This document shows, one piece after another, positions 25,452 to 37,994 of a stretch of 64,000 bases of DNA (its first letter is position 1; each line of letters begins with the position of its first letter). The notes under the pieces were generated by a model that was not told the origin of the DNA, ran no database searches, and saw only the letters and a list, made by a program, of their open reading frames with translations. The DNA is from Cycas panzhihuaensis (taxonomy: Eukaryota; Plantae; Cycadophyta): contig CM041465.1 of NCBI GenBank assembly GCA_023213395.1, positions 198,159,741 to 198,223,740 on the forward strand, given 5' to 3'. The translations under genes were made by a program, and so were the position numbers.

Positions 25452-28400
25452 ATGGACATAACATTGTCACCCCAATGAAGAAGGCCGTTGAGGCTTTAAG
25501 GTTTTCTACCAAACTTTCCACCTCAACACATACAACTCACTTAATAAGCTTCATTGATCCATGATGATCTTTCTGAACACTAAGTATATAATATTTTATT
25601 TATCTGCATGAGGAATTAGAATAGATATATGAAGTATCTATTAAGTAAGGGTACCTTAAAATATCCTCTCAATTCATTGGAATCACTTCCTTTTCTACCT
25701 TTTCTTCCATTTAAGAAGAGACTCCTTTCATTCAATTGCCTTTAACCTACCTTAAGATAGTTCTTATTAGAATCCCTTCTCCTCTTCATATGACTAGTTA
25801 TCATGAACCTTTCCATCTTGAGACCCACGTTGTGTCAACTTCTACTTAACATCATTAATTTGATCCCCTTTATGATGAATATGAGTCCATATAAGTCAAA
25901 CCATCTAACACTCCTAATGTCAATCAATCCCCTTTACCCTCTCATCCCCCTACACTAAGACCTCTTTCTTCTCATTCAAATTAAGCTTGAAATGATAGAT
26001 CTTTCTATTTCCAACCTATTGTTTTACCTCACTTATTACAAGAACAAGCCCAACCCTCTCATGTTGCACCCTTTAGACATGAGAGGCCTATTGAACCATC
26101 TATTCAAGATAACCCTACTTCTTCACATGTTGTTACATCACATTATAGTCCTCCATCTTCTTTTATCCCTTGACTAATCTATTCTTATTCTAGTAAACTA
26201 ACTTCTTTATTTTTATGCCTATTCCAATTCAAAATCAATAATAGGTTTCTCATAGAGTTGTATCCAAGAATATTAGACCTCCTTCTTCTTCTCCCAGATT
26301 ATCTAATATCATTACATCATCCAATCCTACTTTAAATATCCAAGTTGTTCACTCTCATCCTCTGGTTGCCTAATCTTAGGCTATGAGACCAACTCATCCT
26401 ACCCATTCATCCCACATTCTTAAGCCATTTCTATAACAAACTTATATTCTATTTTTTAGTTCTCTATTTGTTTAATATCCTATACCTTAAACTAATTCTA
26501 TGGTTAATCCATTGACTTAGTTTAACCTTTCACAACTCCCTCCAACCTGTCCTATTTTTTATGAATAACAACCTACTTCCTCTTTAATTTCACAACCATC
26601 ATCATTGCCTCTGTATTCCTTAATGTTGAGGCCAAGGAAACCCTTTCTAGATTATATGAAATCCTCTTTTCCATAAGAGGTCCTCTTGTCTCCCATGACT
26701 CCTTTCCTCTCTAAGCTCCCTAAGTTCTTAGGTGAATCTTCTCAAGATTCAACATCTCATATATAAGTGTTTACACTTTCATGTATAGATTTCATGCCAT
26801 ATGATTATATCACATGCACTTGTTTCTTAAATTTCTTTAAGGTGATGCTTTGAAGTGGTTTTATTATCTTCCCTCTACTTCCATCTTATCTTTCCAACAG
26901 TTGGTTGATTCCTTTATCAACTACTTTGATGTAGTAAGAACTTTTGAATCTAGATTTAAATCATTGTTGGCTATAAAACAAAACTATGATGAAACTTTTA
27001 GAGATTTTGTGTGGAGATTTTAAGACCAAGTTCAGACATATCACTCTCAGTTAGATTTTAACTTTCTTTTTGATTTATTTGCCAATGCTTTGAGGCTCCA
27101 TGTTCATCTTGAAGTACTCGAGCTAGGCCCTCATACTTATGAAGAAACTATTGATAAGTGACTTGCTTCAGAGACCTTTAAGGTCTAACTAGGTATTAAG
27201 AAAGTTGATAAATTAGTTCCTCCTAAAGAATTGATTCAAGCATCAAAGTCCTCTTATTCCAAACCAATGTATGATCCTCTTCTTTAATTAGATCATTAAA
27301 TCATGTGATTAACATAAAATTATGTATTAATAACTTTTCTCCTAATCTTCCTAGTCAATAAGAAAAAGTAATTAATCTTATAGAAGGAAGAAAATGTCAA
27401 AATCTATCTATACCTTCTCCTCCTATAAGGAAGACTATATGGTCATCTTTCCACCAAATTGATACCCCTGATAGAAGTTAGTGTCACATCATTTAGGCAA
27501 TGAATTAAAGTACTACTACTCAATCAAATCAAGCTTCTAAATTACTTAAGATCAATTAATTCATAAGGATCCATTGCCTCAACATGATGACAAAGAGAAG
27601 AAAGATAAAAAAGAAAACACAAAGCAAACAAAAATTGTTAAAAGTGAAACTTCATAACCTAATTCATCAAAGAAATCAAGTACCTCTTCTAACCCCACAT
27701 CAAAGTGTATTAATAGTCAAACTCACCCACCCCTAAAGGTGGTGAAACCAAAAGAACTATTAATATGGTTAAGACCACAAAGAGTACAAGTCTTGCCCTG
27801 AGCAACACCAACTTCTATTTGATGTCTTGCCCTGAGCAACACCAACTTCTATTTGATGTATTAGGAGTCCTTGACTTGATGGGATCATCTAGTTCTATAC
27901 TCTCCTTTGACTTAACTACTTTGCCTAGTTAAGTTAATCATACTCCCAATGATATTCCTCCATTTTATATTAAGATTATCAAAGATGACATTAATATTAG
28001 ACATGTTATCATTGATTATGGTTTATCTGTCAATGCTATTCCTCTTCATTTAGGTGAATATCAAGAGATTTTGGTCTTTGATCCTTATGAGTGGATTTGT
28101 CAAGGTTATGATAAAAACTAAAAGATACCCCTTGGTCAAGTCACTCTGCATTTGACTCTAAAAGGTAAAATAGTCCATGCTAAATTGACAATCATTGATC
28201 TTAATTTAGAATATAATATCCTTTTGGATAGAACTTGGATCAACCAAATGGTATCTATTTGTTCTTCCCTCTTTGGTGAACTTCCATTTATCCATAACGG
28301 TGAATTAAAAGTTATTAAGCGTAAACCTAAACTAATCAAGTAATTAGTGCCTCTCATTAAAATTTTTCCTAAGCTTGGTGAATCTTCTAATTCTTTTGAG

Positions 28401-31400
28401 TACTTCTTTCAATCTTTATGCTTAGGTAAATATTTCACCATTGAAACTCCCCCTCATCAAGGAGAGATAAAAGATATTGATATGGTTGAAATTATCCCTT
28501 TTAAACTAGGCTCCTTTCTGCCTTCTAATCTCACTACTACTACTCTACTATCTTAATCTTCTATTTCTTCTTCTCCATCTCATAAAGAAGAGATATTATA
28601 TGTTAATCAATCTTGTAAATAACTTCCTTTAGTTCAAGTAATTAACTCTAATCCTCCACTCTTAGATGAGTGTCATTTCTCATAAGTTCTACATTTACCT
28701 TCAATTAGAGATGTCTCCATTTCTTCTATTTCAACAGCTCCTCTACTTGAACAAGTGACCTTAGCTTTATAAAATATGTTAATACCTACAACATTGCTTT
28801 TCTTGGTTTCCTTTCTATATTACATGGATTAATAGACATGAAATAAAACTTCCATTACACAAATATCTAGATTTAGTATATGATGATGAAGTTATTATAT
28901 CTTCTACTTCATCTAAGGTAACTCAAATATTACACAATAGAGTTTGAGAGATTAATTTGGTTTCAATTATTTCATTTCCTTCTCTTGATTATATCGATGA
29001 TTATTTGTCATCTTTTCTTCATATGGCTTTATTTGATCATTATTATTCCCTTAAACATGATCAACTCTAATAAAATTTTACCTTAGATTGGGATTTTATT
29101 AATAAGCCTATCCACTTCACTTAAGTTCCCTTGATTATTGGGATTTAACCAAATCATCCATATCCTTCACTTGATGGACCCCAAATTGATAAATCATCAT
29201 CTCCTTCTTATGATTTATCAAAGAATCTTATCCTCATCAATCTTTTTCATTTAGATCATTTTGAGAGTTATGAGGCAATCCTTAAGCATATGGCTAGATT
29301 TATGCCTAGCCTCCTCCCTCATCATCATAAGCTAGGTTTTTTAAAAGCAATATATCTAAAATTTTCACAAGTTACTCATTCATAATTTAAGGAATCAATT
29401 TCTCTTGTGGAACCTACTCCCCCTCATTTTGAAGAAGGTAATGTCATGCTCATAAGAGAGACCATTGATATTGACTTGGAGTTAGGTAATACTCCAAGGA
29501 TTATCAAAGTTGGAGTTAATTGCTCCTTCAAAGAGATCTCCTAGTTTAAATATCCCTTTCATGAATTTAATTCTATTTTTTCTTAGGACTATAATCATAT
29601 GTAGGGTCTTCACCTTAATATTATTGGACACGATATCACTTCCATTCCTAACATTAAGCCTAAGTGATAAAAATAAAGAGCTATCCATCCTCACTTATTT
29701 ATCACAATCAAATAAGAAGTTTATAAATTATTGAAAGCTAGATTCATTAAAAGTGTTGATTATTCTTAATGGGTTTCAAATATAGTTTTAGTTACCAAAA
29801 AGAATGAATCTATTTGAATTTGCATTGATTTCTAAGATATCAACAATGCTTATCTTAAAGAGAATTTCTCTTTTCATTTTCTAGACCAAGTTTGGGACCA
29901 AACTGTTGGTTTTGAAGTCATGTCACCTATGGATAGCTTCTCTGAATATAATCAATTTTCTATTGCACCTCAAAATCATCATAAAATGACATTCACTGCT
30001 TCTTAGGGAACTTTTGTTTATAAAGTTATGCCTTTTCGATTGAAAAACATTGGAGTTATCTATCAAAGAACCATGGTATTTATTTTCCATGATTTGATTA
30101 TCAATATTATTGTAGTATATCTAGATGATATATTTTCCCTCTCTCGATGATGATAAGGCCAACTTCATTATTTAAAAACTATCTTTGATAGATATTGCAA
30201 GTATTGTCTATGTTTGAATCCTTCTAAATATATTTTTACATTTACTTCTCATAGAATGTTGGGTAATATTATTTCACATGATATAATTAGGATTTAGCCC
30301 AATAAGGTTAGGGTAATTATTAAAATAACTCCTCTCAAAACACAAAAGCAAGTCAAATATTTCTTAGGAAGACTTAGTCTTCTTAGGGGCTTCATTGCTA
30401 ATTTTGCCTTGGATGCAAAACCTCTCACTAATCTTCTTTATAAAGAAGCTTCTCTTGAGTGGACCCCTCGAGTTTAAGAGTGTTTTGATAAATTAAAGTG
30501 AGCATTACTGATGGCCCCCATCCTTTCTCCTCCATCTTTTAGCAAGCCTTTTATTTTATATACCTCTTCCATAGAAGAATTGTTAGCAGGAATGTTGGCA
30601 CAGGAAGTTGATTTTGGTAAAGAGCGAGATATATACGTCATTAGTAGAACACTAGTTGCAATAAAACTTTATTATCCTTTTGTACAAAAAGAATGCCTTT
30701 CTTTGATCTTCACTACTAAGAAGTTACATTATTATCTTGGTAATATATTCTTCTTATTATTTAGTCTAATCCTATTAGATATCATTCAACTAAAATGAAC
30801 CTTACTAGGCATTTAGGTAAATGGTCATTACTATTACAATAGTTTGATTTCTAGATAGTTAATCAAAAAATGAAAAAAGAAATGATTGTAGCTAAGATAA
30901 TAGTTAATACTCCTCTACCAAATCCTAATAATTAAGCAGTTGATGATAGAATCCATGATGAACATATCCTCCAGATCTAGGCTATCCCTTCTAAAGATCC
31001 ATGGTATGGAGAGATTAAGGCTTACTTATGAGATCAAACTCTTCCTTCTTCCTCTATATCAAAGAAGAGAAGAAGAATCCAAACTGCCACCCATTATTAT
31101 CTTTTACTCAATAATGTTCTCTATAAACATTTCTTTGATGGGATTTTTTTAAGATGCCTTTCCCCTGATGAAGCTCTTACTATCATAATTGAATGCCATG
31201 ATGGAATATATGGTGGCTATTTTGGTGGCAAGTGTACTATAGAGTGTATCCTTCATAGGGGATACTATTGGCTTACTTTATTTAAAGATGCTCATATCTA
31301 TATTTGAAAATGTGAGAAATTCCAATCCCATGCTACCTTAATTCATTAACTTTCCCAATGGTATTTATATCTCATTACACAAATTTATCCTACATCATCT

Positions 31401-32206
31401 AATGGCCATAAGTTTATTATTACTACCATGGAATATTTTACCAAATGGAGTGAGGCCATTCCGTTAGTATCAACTACAGGTAAAATTGTTGCTACTTTTA
31501 TTTTTGAATATATTATTTGTAGATTTAGGATTACTGATGTTATCATTACTAATAATAAATCTTCATTTTGTAAAACTCATGTGAATGAACTATTTGATAA
31601 ATTCCATATCACACATAAATTGTTATCCCCTTATCATCTGCAACAAATGGGCAAGTTGAAGCCTTTAATAAAACTTTGGCTAAGATTTTAGCCAAGACTG
31701 TGGAAAACTCATATCATGATTGGCATGCTTAGTTATTTATGGTATTATGGGTATATCGAACCTCAATTAGAAATGCCACTAATATGACACCTTTCTCTTT
31801 AGTCTATGGTATGAAAGCAATTCTTCCTTTAGAAGTTGAAATTCCTTCATTACATGTCTCATTAAAGGAAATTATTAATGAAAAGTTTCAAAGCAAAGAA
31901 TACCTTTTAGAATTAGAGAAAGTTAATAAAACCTATTTACCATCACTACAAAATAGTTTGGCTTCTAAAGTAAGAACTTAAGATGCTCATGATAGATAGC
32001 TTAGACCTATAAAATTTCATCTTGATGACAAGGTACTAAAGTTAAAATATCTCCATCGCAAATAATAAAAATTTTCTCCAAAGTGGACTGGACCTTATTT
32101 GATTATTAAAGACTTAGAGAATTATGCTTATTAGATTTCTACACCAGAGGGTTTGGAATTTAAGAAACTTATTAACTCCCAATTTCTAAGGAAATTTTAT
32201 ACTTAA
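25452..32206 (+). pseudogene. gag-pol of D: gag ~26650-27200, protease ~27950-28300, RT ~29600-30300, RNase H ~30500-30850, integrase ~31000-32206
   Basis: GDALKWFY (gag); IIDYGLSVN / LEYNILLDRTWI (PR); VSNIVLVTKKN..CIDF, YKVMPF, VVYLDDI at ~30112 (RT); APILSPPSFSKPFILY...KECLSLIF (RH); EYFTKWSEAIPL, VLWVYRTSIRNATNMTPFSLVYG, KWTGPY, INSQFLRKFYT* (INT). Start is approximate. Confidence 0.92.
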
Positions 32207-33220
32207 TGGTGTCACGTCTCTGCAATGAGGATAAACTATGGTTCTGAAAAATAACATTATCTAATGAGATATAACTATAGGTAATTTCCTTCTTTTAGAT
32301 TCTCTTTTTTTTATTTCATTCTCATGAAGTAATATTCTATTAAACATGTAAGACTACTGTCCTTTTTTGGCATAGGCATTGGTTGCTAAAATTTATCTTT
32401 CGTCACTATCTTCTCTTTCTCTCTTTTAAGACCTAAACTTAGAAGATAACTTTGGTCCCTAATTTCACCTTTGATAGTTATTTAGGGGAAAAGATTTATT
32501 TTGTCAGCTTTAGTTATCTTACTAGTTGTTTGATTTATATTTTATACCTTTCCATTTATTTTGGAGATTTCTTTTTTATCACATTTCATCTATTTTTCTT
32601 TTCATAACCCTTGGTTCTCTCTATTTATACTCCTGAGATGAATACTTATTCTATTATCTTCCCTTTATATTTGGAGACATCATGATTTAGATTTCCTTTC
32701 TTTCTTATGGTTCAACCTTTAAGGAGTTAGGTTACCCTCATTCTATTTTGGTTTTGTTCTACATTAAGGACATTTAATAATTAGATGTTTGTCATACTCT
32801 CCTTCTTATAAATATCAAAAACAAATAATAATAAAGAAAAGTAAAAGTAAAAAAAATAAAAAAGAGACAAAGCCTAAAATATTATTGTTACCATCCTCTT
32901 GTAATCTGGGGCAAGTCATGTGATAGCTTTGTCCCCACATGTATCCATTATAGGTTAGGTTCATTTGGGTGGGTCACTAAGGATGTTCAAGTCTAGTTAC
33001 TTAGGTCCACCATAGTCTTAGTTATGATCGAACCTTATTTGACATATTTTGATCATTGTTGTTATCCTAGTTATGATATTATCCTTTTCTCTTTGTAGTC
33101 AAAATCATTTTTCTATTATTCTACCCTAACTTCTTACTAATTGATTCTTGTAACTTTCCTTTAGTGATCACTCCATCTCTAAATTTAGCTCCTATCTTTT
33201 TTATAGCATTGAGTATAATC

Positions 33221-33775
33221 ACTAATAGAGTTAATAAGGGAAATTCAAGACCATCTACTACTATATGGGTGATATAAGATCAATAAAAATACTTTCTTTC
33301 ATTTGCTAAGCTATTCTTACATAGAGTAACCAATAATAAAGCTAAATACTTTGCTATTATAGGAGCCCTATTAGAGGTTTCTCAGTTCACTGATGGGGGT
33401 AGTAAGGGGAATATAAGACCATCTACTATTGCATGGGTGATTTAAGATGAATAAAATAACTTTCCTTCATCTGTTGAACTATTCTTACATAGAGTAACCA
33501 ATAATAAAGCTAAATATTTTGCTATTATAGGAGACCTGTTATAGGTTTCTCAGTTCCATTATGGACTTGTCACTATTTATTTTGACTTTTATATCATTGT
33601 GTATTAGTTGTTTGGCATCTTCTAAGTTCACTCTCCTTGGCTCCTCATTCTCTACCATCAAGTTTCATTACTGATGTCTCCATTTTATTCTATTACTATC
33701 TAGTATATTCAATGATCCTTTAATACTAAAGCTAATTCTTTAGTTTCTTTTATCTTAGATAACTACCTTATATAG
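33221..33775 (+). pseudogene. Free-standing aRH of D, downstream of integrase, with its first 168 bp tandemly duplicated
   Basis: TDGGSKGN..PST..WVI...VTNNKAKYFAII...TIYFDF...NTKANSL..FIL; homologous to the aRH ORFs of B and C. Confidence 0.8.
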
Positions 33776-34749
33776 CTGCCACTTCATGCTGGGGGCATCC
33801 TACTTTGAAATAAGTATAAACTACCACTCTAGAATGCATATAAACTATCACTTTATAAATAGTATAAGCTATCAATCTTGAAAATGGGAATATGAGTTTT
33901 ATAAAAATTAAGTCCATAGGTTTAGTATAAGATGCAGTCTTAGAAAAGATAGACCTATGTGGGAATCATAAATCTAGGAGGATCTTAGCAGGGGGCAAGT
34001 TCCTAAAAGCTTCTTACCCTTAGAAGGAGCCAATGAGGAATCCTATACACTCAAGAAGTTAGTTGTTTATCAAGTAAGAGGTTTTTTCATTTTATAAACA
34101 ACATGCTTCTTTCGAGATAAATTATATGAATATGAATCTTTTGAGTTTATCTTGAAATGATTTATGTTTGTATAATCTTTCTTGAGTGTTATGTGAATTT
34201 TATAAGTCATTCTTTTAAGAAGGCTTATATCACTCCATCTTCTATTCTTATAATCTTATTATTGCCTATTTTCTAAATGGTTTTAGGTTTATCATAATGG
34301 AATGGATAAATCTTTTCCATGTACTCCCTCCTATACTTTTATCTATTTTCATTTTCTTTATATTTCCTTATATTTCCCTTTCTTAAGACCCCTTTTCACT
34401 TTGCAATGAGTATACATTACCATATACATACCAAAAATATTCAAAGGAAAAATAAAAAATGACAAAATACTAAAAAAAAAAACTTTTTTTTTGTATGCTT
34501 TTACAATCAATCATATTGATGAGGATATATCCTACACAATATATAAAGAGGGATACAAGGGGAGAATTAGTTTAGAGTCAATGTTTCATCTACATATTTA
34601 CACAAATGATGTTTATAATAGTCAATATATGAACATAAAATATATATCAGCCATCATGTGTCTCATAATACATTATTAGAGGCTATCAAATTCCACATGT
34701 CTCCCCACCATCCCCTGTTTATACAACCTATACTCATCTTTGTGAGGCA

Positions 34750-36495
34750 TAATGAGATCCTCCATATCCCCTATTTAGCTATACCTTTTCATCCTAACCT
34801 AGTTTGTCTCCATGTGTTCACTGTCTCTTAGGTGGAAGTTGCCTCCTTTGTTATATTGTTATACTCTTAGATAAAGTGACTTGACCACCTACCTATACTA
34901 GATTCATCCTCCAAAGATAACACCTCTAATCCTCTGCTACCTTAAGCTCTGTCCCTTAGAGCCTTAACTCCATCCTCATATCCTAGAACATATCTTGAGC
35001 TAGCAATGCTAGATTAAAACACTCAATATGATCCCCTAGTAGAGCCTGATCAATAATGTTCCATGCAAGAGGTTCCTTTGATGTAGAATCATATGGAAAT
35101 ATTAGGTCCAAGAGTCTTTGTATCTCTGATAGGGTCAAGCTCCTCTCACCTATCTATGTAAACTATATATGATTTTGATTAGTTTATTATCAAATGAGAG
35201 AAGAAATAATCAAAGGAGAAATATAATTAGAAATGTTAAATAATAATAATTCGCATAACTACTGGCCATGGCTCTCTTCTTATCTCACCTCCTCCTAGTG
35301 GCTCAATCACCATCTCCTTTGCTAGTTATAATATCTCCTCTCCTTGAAGCTCTTAAGGATGATCTCCTCCTCATCCTTTACCATTATCTCATGCTCCTTC
35401 TTGGATGCTTATTAACCCCAACTCCATACTCTATATAGAGCCTCCTCCTCTACTACCTTATGCTCCTCTATCTCCTGGATCATATCTCTTCATCCTCTCT
35501 CACCTGCTCCTACTAATGGCTCTACTCTCTCTCCTCTTTGAACTCCCCAGATAAGTTGCTAACCTCTTTCATCTCTCTATCTCTTCTTCCTCCTAGTTGT
35601 CATGATACCTCCTCTCATCCTCTACCTCTCCCTCTCCCTCTGGCTATAATAAGAACATCCTCTATGACCGCTCTCATAGTTGCATTCATCTCATCATCAT
35701 TCAATGTTGGTAGTCTCTCACATGGATCCTCTAACAGCCACCTCTTGGTCATCCTATTTAATAAAGGACTATGAGTAGTCCTCACTACTATCACTACTTT
35801 ATTATAAATCTAGGCCCTTATGTGCTATTTATTCATCCCTGAATCTATGATAGACAACTCACTTAGTACTCCTCTTAGTCTTATCAAAGGGATTCGGTTG
35901 TATGGCTAGCACATACGGATGGAACTATAAGAGAAGCTTCCTCATCCTTGTCTCTTAAGCCTCGATAACTAAAGGATCATAATATCCAATATATACTAAC
36001 CCTAGTTCATTCTCATTCCCTCCTTGCAAGCTTTAACAACTCTTATCCACTAAGTTGGAACCTGCATAAAATTTTGTGTCCTCATAAGATGAAAGATAAG
36101 AATCAAGGCAATCATCTTCTAAATAACTAGAATCCCCTCTATTATCCTCATCAACTTAATAGATACTCCATGGTCCCCAAACTAGTTTGCTAACCCTATT
36201 AGATATTGACTACATACCTCTTGGGACTTATCATCGATAACTTAGCTTAATTGGATCTCCCTTCTATGATAGTTAACTCTCAAAATCTTACTCATATCCC
36301 AAGGAATTATATAAATGCCATTAATCCCCTATACCTTAGAAACATTCTATCTAGGTATCTAATAACTAATAAAGTTATAGAGAATTTTATACTCCATAAT
36401 TAGTTGAGTTACCCTACTTACTCAGGACAACCCACACCTTTGTAATCGATCCTAATCTTCCTCTATCGGCTATCCTACTAATTATCCAATCATTA
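34750..36495 (-). pseudogene. Antisense PMD-like ORF of D with a Glu/Arg-rich C-terminal part
   Basis: Minus-strand FISY*IPR*NV..GINGIYI.PWDMSKIL and QNF...WIRVVKACKEGMRMN*G*YILDIMIL*LSRL..G*GSFSYSSIRMC*PY align with the B PMD segments. Limits are approximate. Confidence 0.7.
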
Positions 36496-37307
36496 ATCCT
36501 TTATTCTCTTGAGTGTCTATCCTTTCTAGGGGCCACATCACATAATAAATGATTAAGTTAGTTTGAGATTTTGATACAAAAATCCCTACTTTCTTTTCAA
36601 TTTTTCTTTATAATTTTTTCTTTCCAAGGTAAACAATGTGACAACATAGTAAAAAATACAATAACATAGTTACAAGAAAATGTGATAACATCTCTAAAAA
36701 CATGATTTCTCAATCAAAACTATGATTTCCTAAATCTTATCCATTTTAGGAAATCACATTTTAGATCATTAAATCATATTTTTAATCTTGTTTCTCCTTT
36801 TTTTCATTTACATTATTGCATTTTTCATTATAAAATCAAGTTTAAAAAAATATATTGCCAAGAGAAGCTTATTAGATATCTTGGTCCTCAATATATAGCT
36901 CTAAATCTACCTTCCTAGAGATGATCCCACTTCGAAAGGGCCTCCTTATCACATCTTGTGGTTAGAAAATGACTCTTAGAATCATCATTTTCCAACTATC
37001 ATCCATAAAAATGAAATAAAGATTTTTTAATTTCCTTATAAAAGGGGGGTCCTCCTTTAGGTTTTTGGAAAAATTTTTCCTTCAATTTATTTTGTCTATT
37101 TAAGTTAACATGATCTATCTCTAGTTACCATTTTTAAAATAGGCTTCCCGAAACTCAAAACTTTGGATTTCTTTTACATCAATTAAGGTATTATTGTCCT
37201 TTAATAATAAGCAATTTTTTTATGATGGTCATTGTTGCTCAAATGCAATAGCTTTCATATGTTTTTATTATATTCTTTTGATCCTTCATGCTATAAAAAG
37301 TCACTTA

Positions 37308-37530
37308 CTAATGAGCCAAAACTATGGTAATCTAAGGCTCTAAAGCATTTCATCTATTAATAAGCTAAAACTATGATAGAAGTCATGGTCCAAAACTAGA
37401 TTATTGATAAGCCTAAACTACAACAATTAAGCTCTAAAATTTTGATTATTAACAAGTTTAAATTATGATAATATATTACTTTAAGCTCTGAAATCTATCA
37501 CCTATTAATGAGCTTATAAACTATGATACT
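37308..37530 (+). repeat. Degenerate ~45-56 bp tandem array with core AATRAGCYWAAACTAT in the D 3' UTR
   Basis: Cores at ~37310, 37359, 37406, 37451 and 37507. Confidence 0.65.
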
Positions 37531-37982
37531 ATATCCCTTATGCTTTGGTAAAGGGACTCTACCTCTAAGACATGGTTAATGACAGAGAAACTATAACCAT
37601 CCAAGTTTCTAAACCCTATTTAATCAATAGGCATTATTTGTAGTATCATTAATTTAGGTAGTTTTAGGCCCTATGTAACTTATAAGCATCTCTAACTGTA
37701 CCATTGGTTGAGTAAGTTGTAAGACCCATCTATGGGCATCCTTATATCAACTCATCATTTAATCCATATCTATTTAATAGGTATTTTAGTAACACTCTTA
37801 AGTTAGCATTATAGTAATGTTAGAGCTCACTTTTAGCATCAATCTTAACCCTTTTTTGTGTCCTTCCATCATCTGTTCATTTGTCATTCATCCTTATTTT
37901 CATTTATGAGAGACCCTCACTTTTGAGATATTTATCACCTCTCACCATCTTGCTTCTATTTTAGAGCAAGAGCTTTGAGTGT

Positions 37983-37994
37983 GAAAGGGGCAAA
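37983..37994 (+). promoter_or_regulatory. Polypurine tract of D
   Basis: GAAAGGGGCAAA immediately before TGTTTC. Confidence 0.8.
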
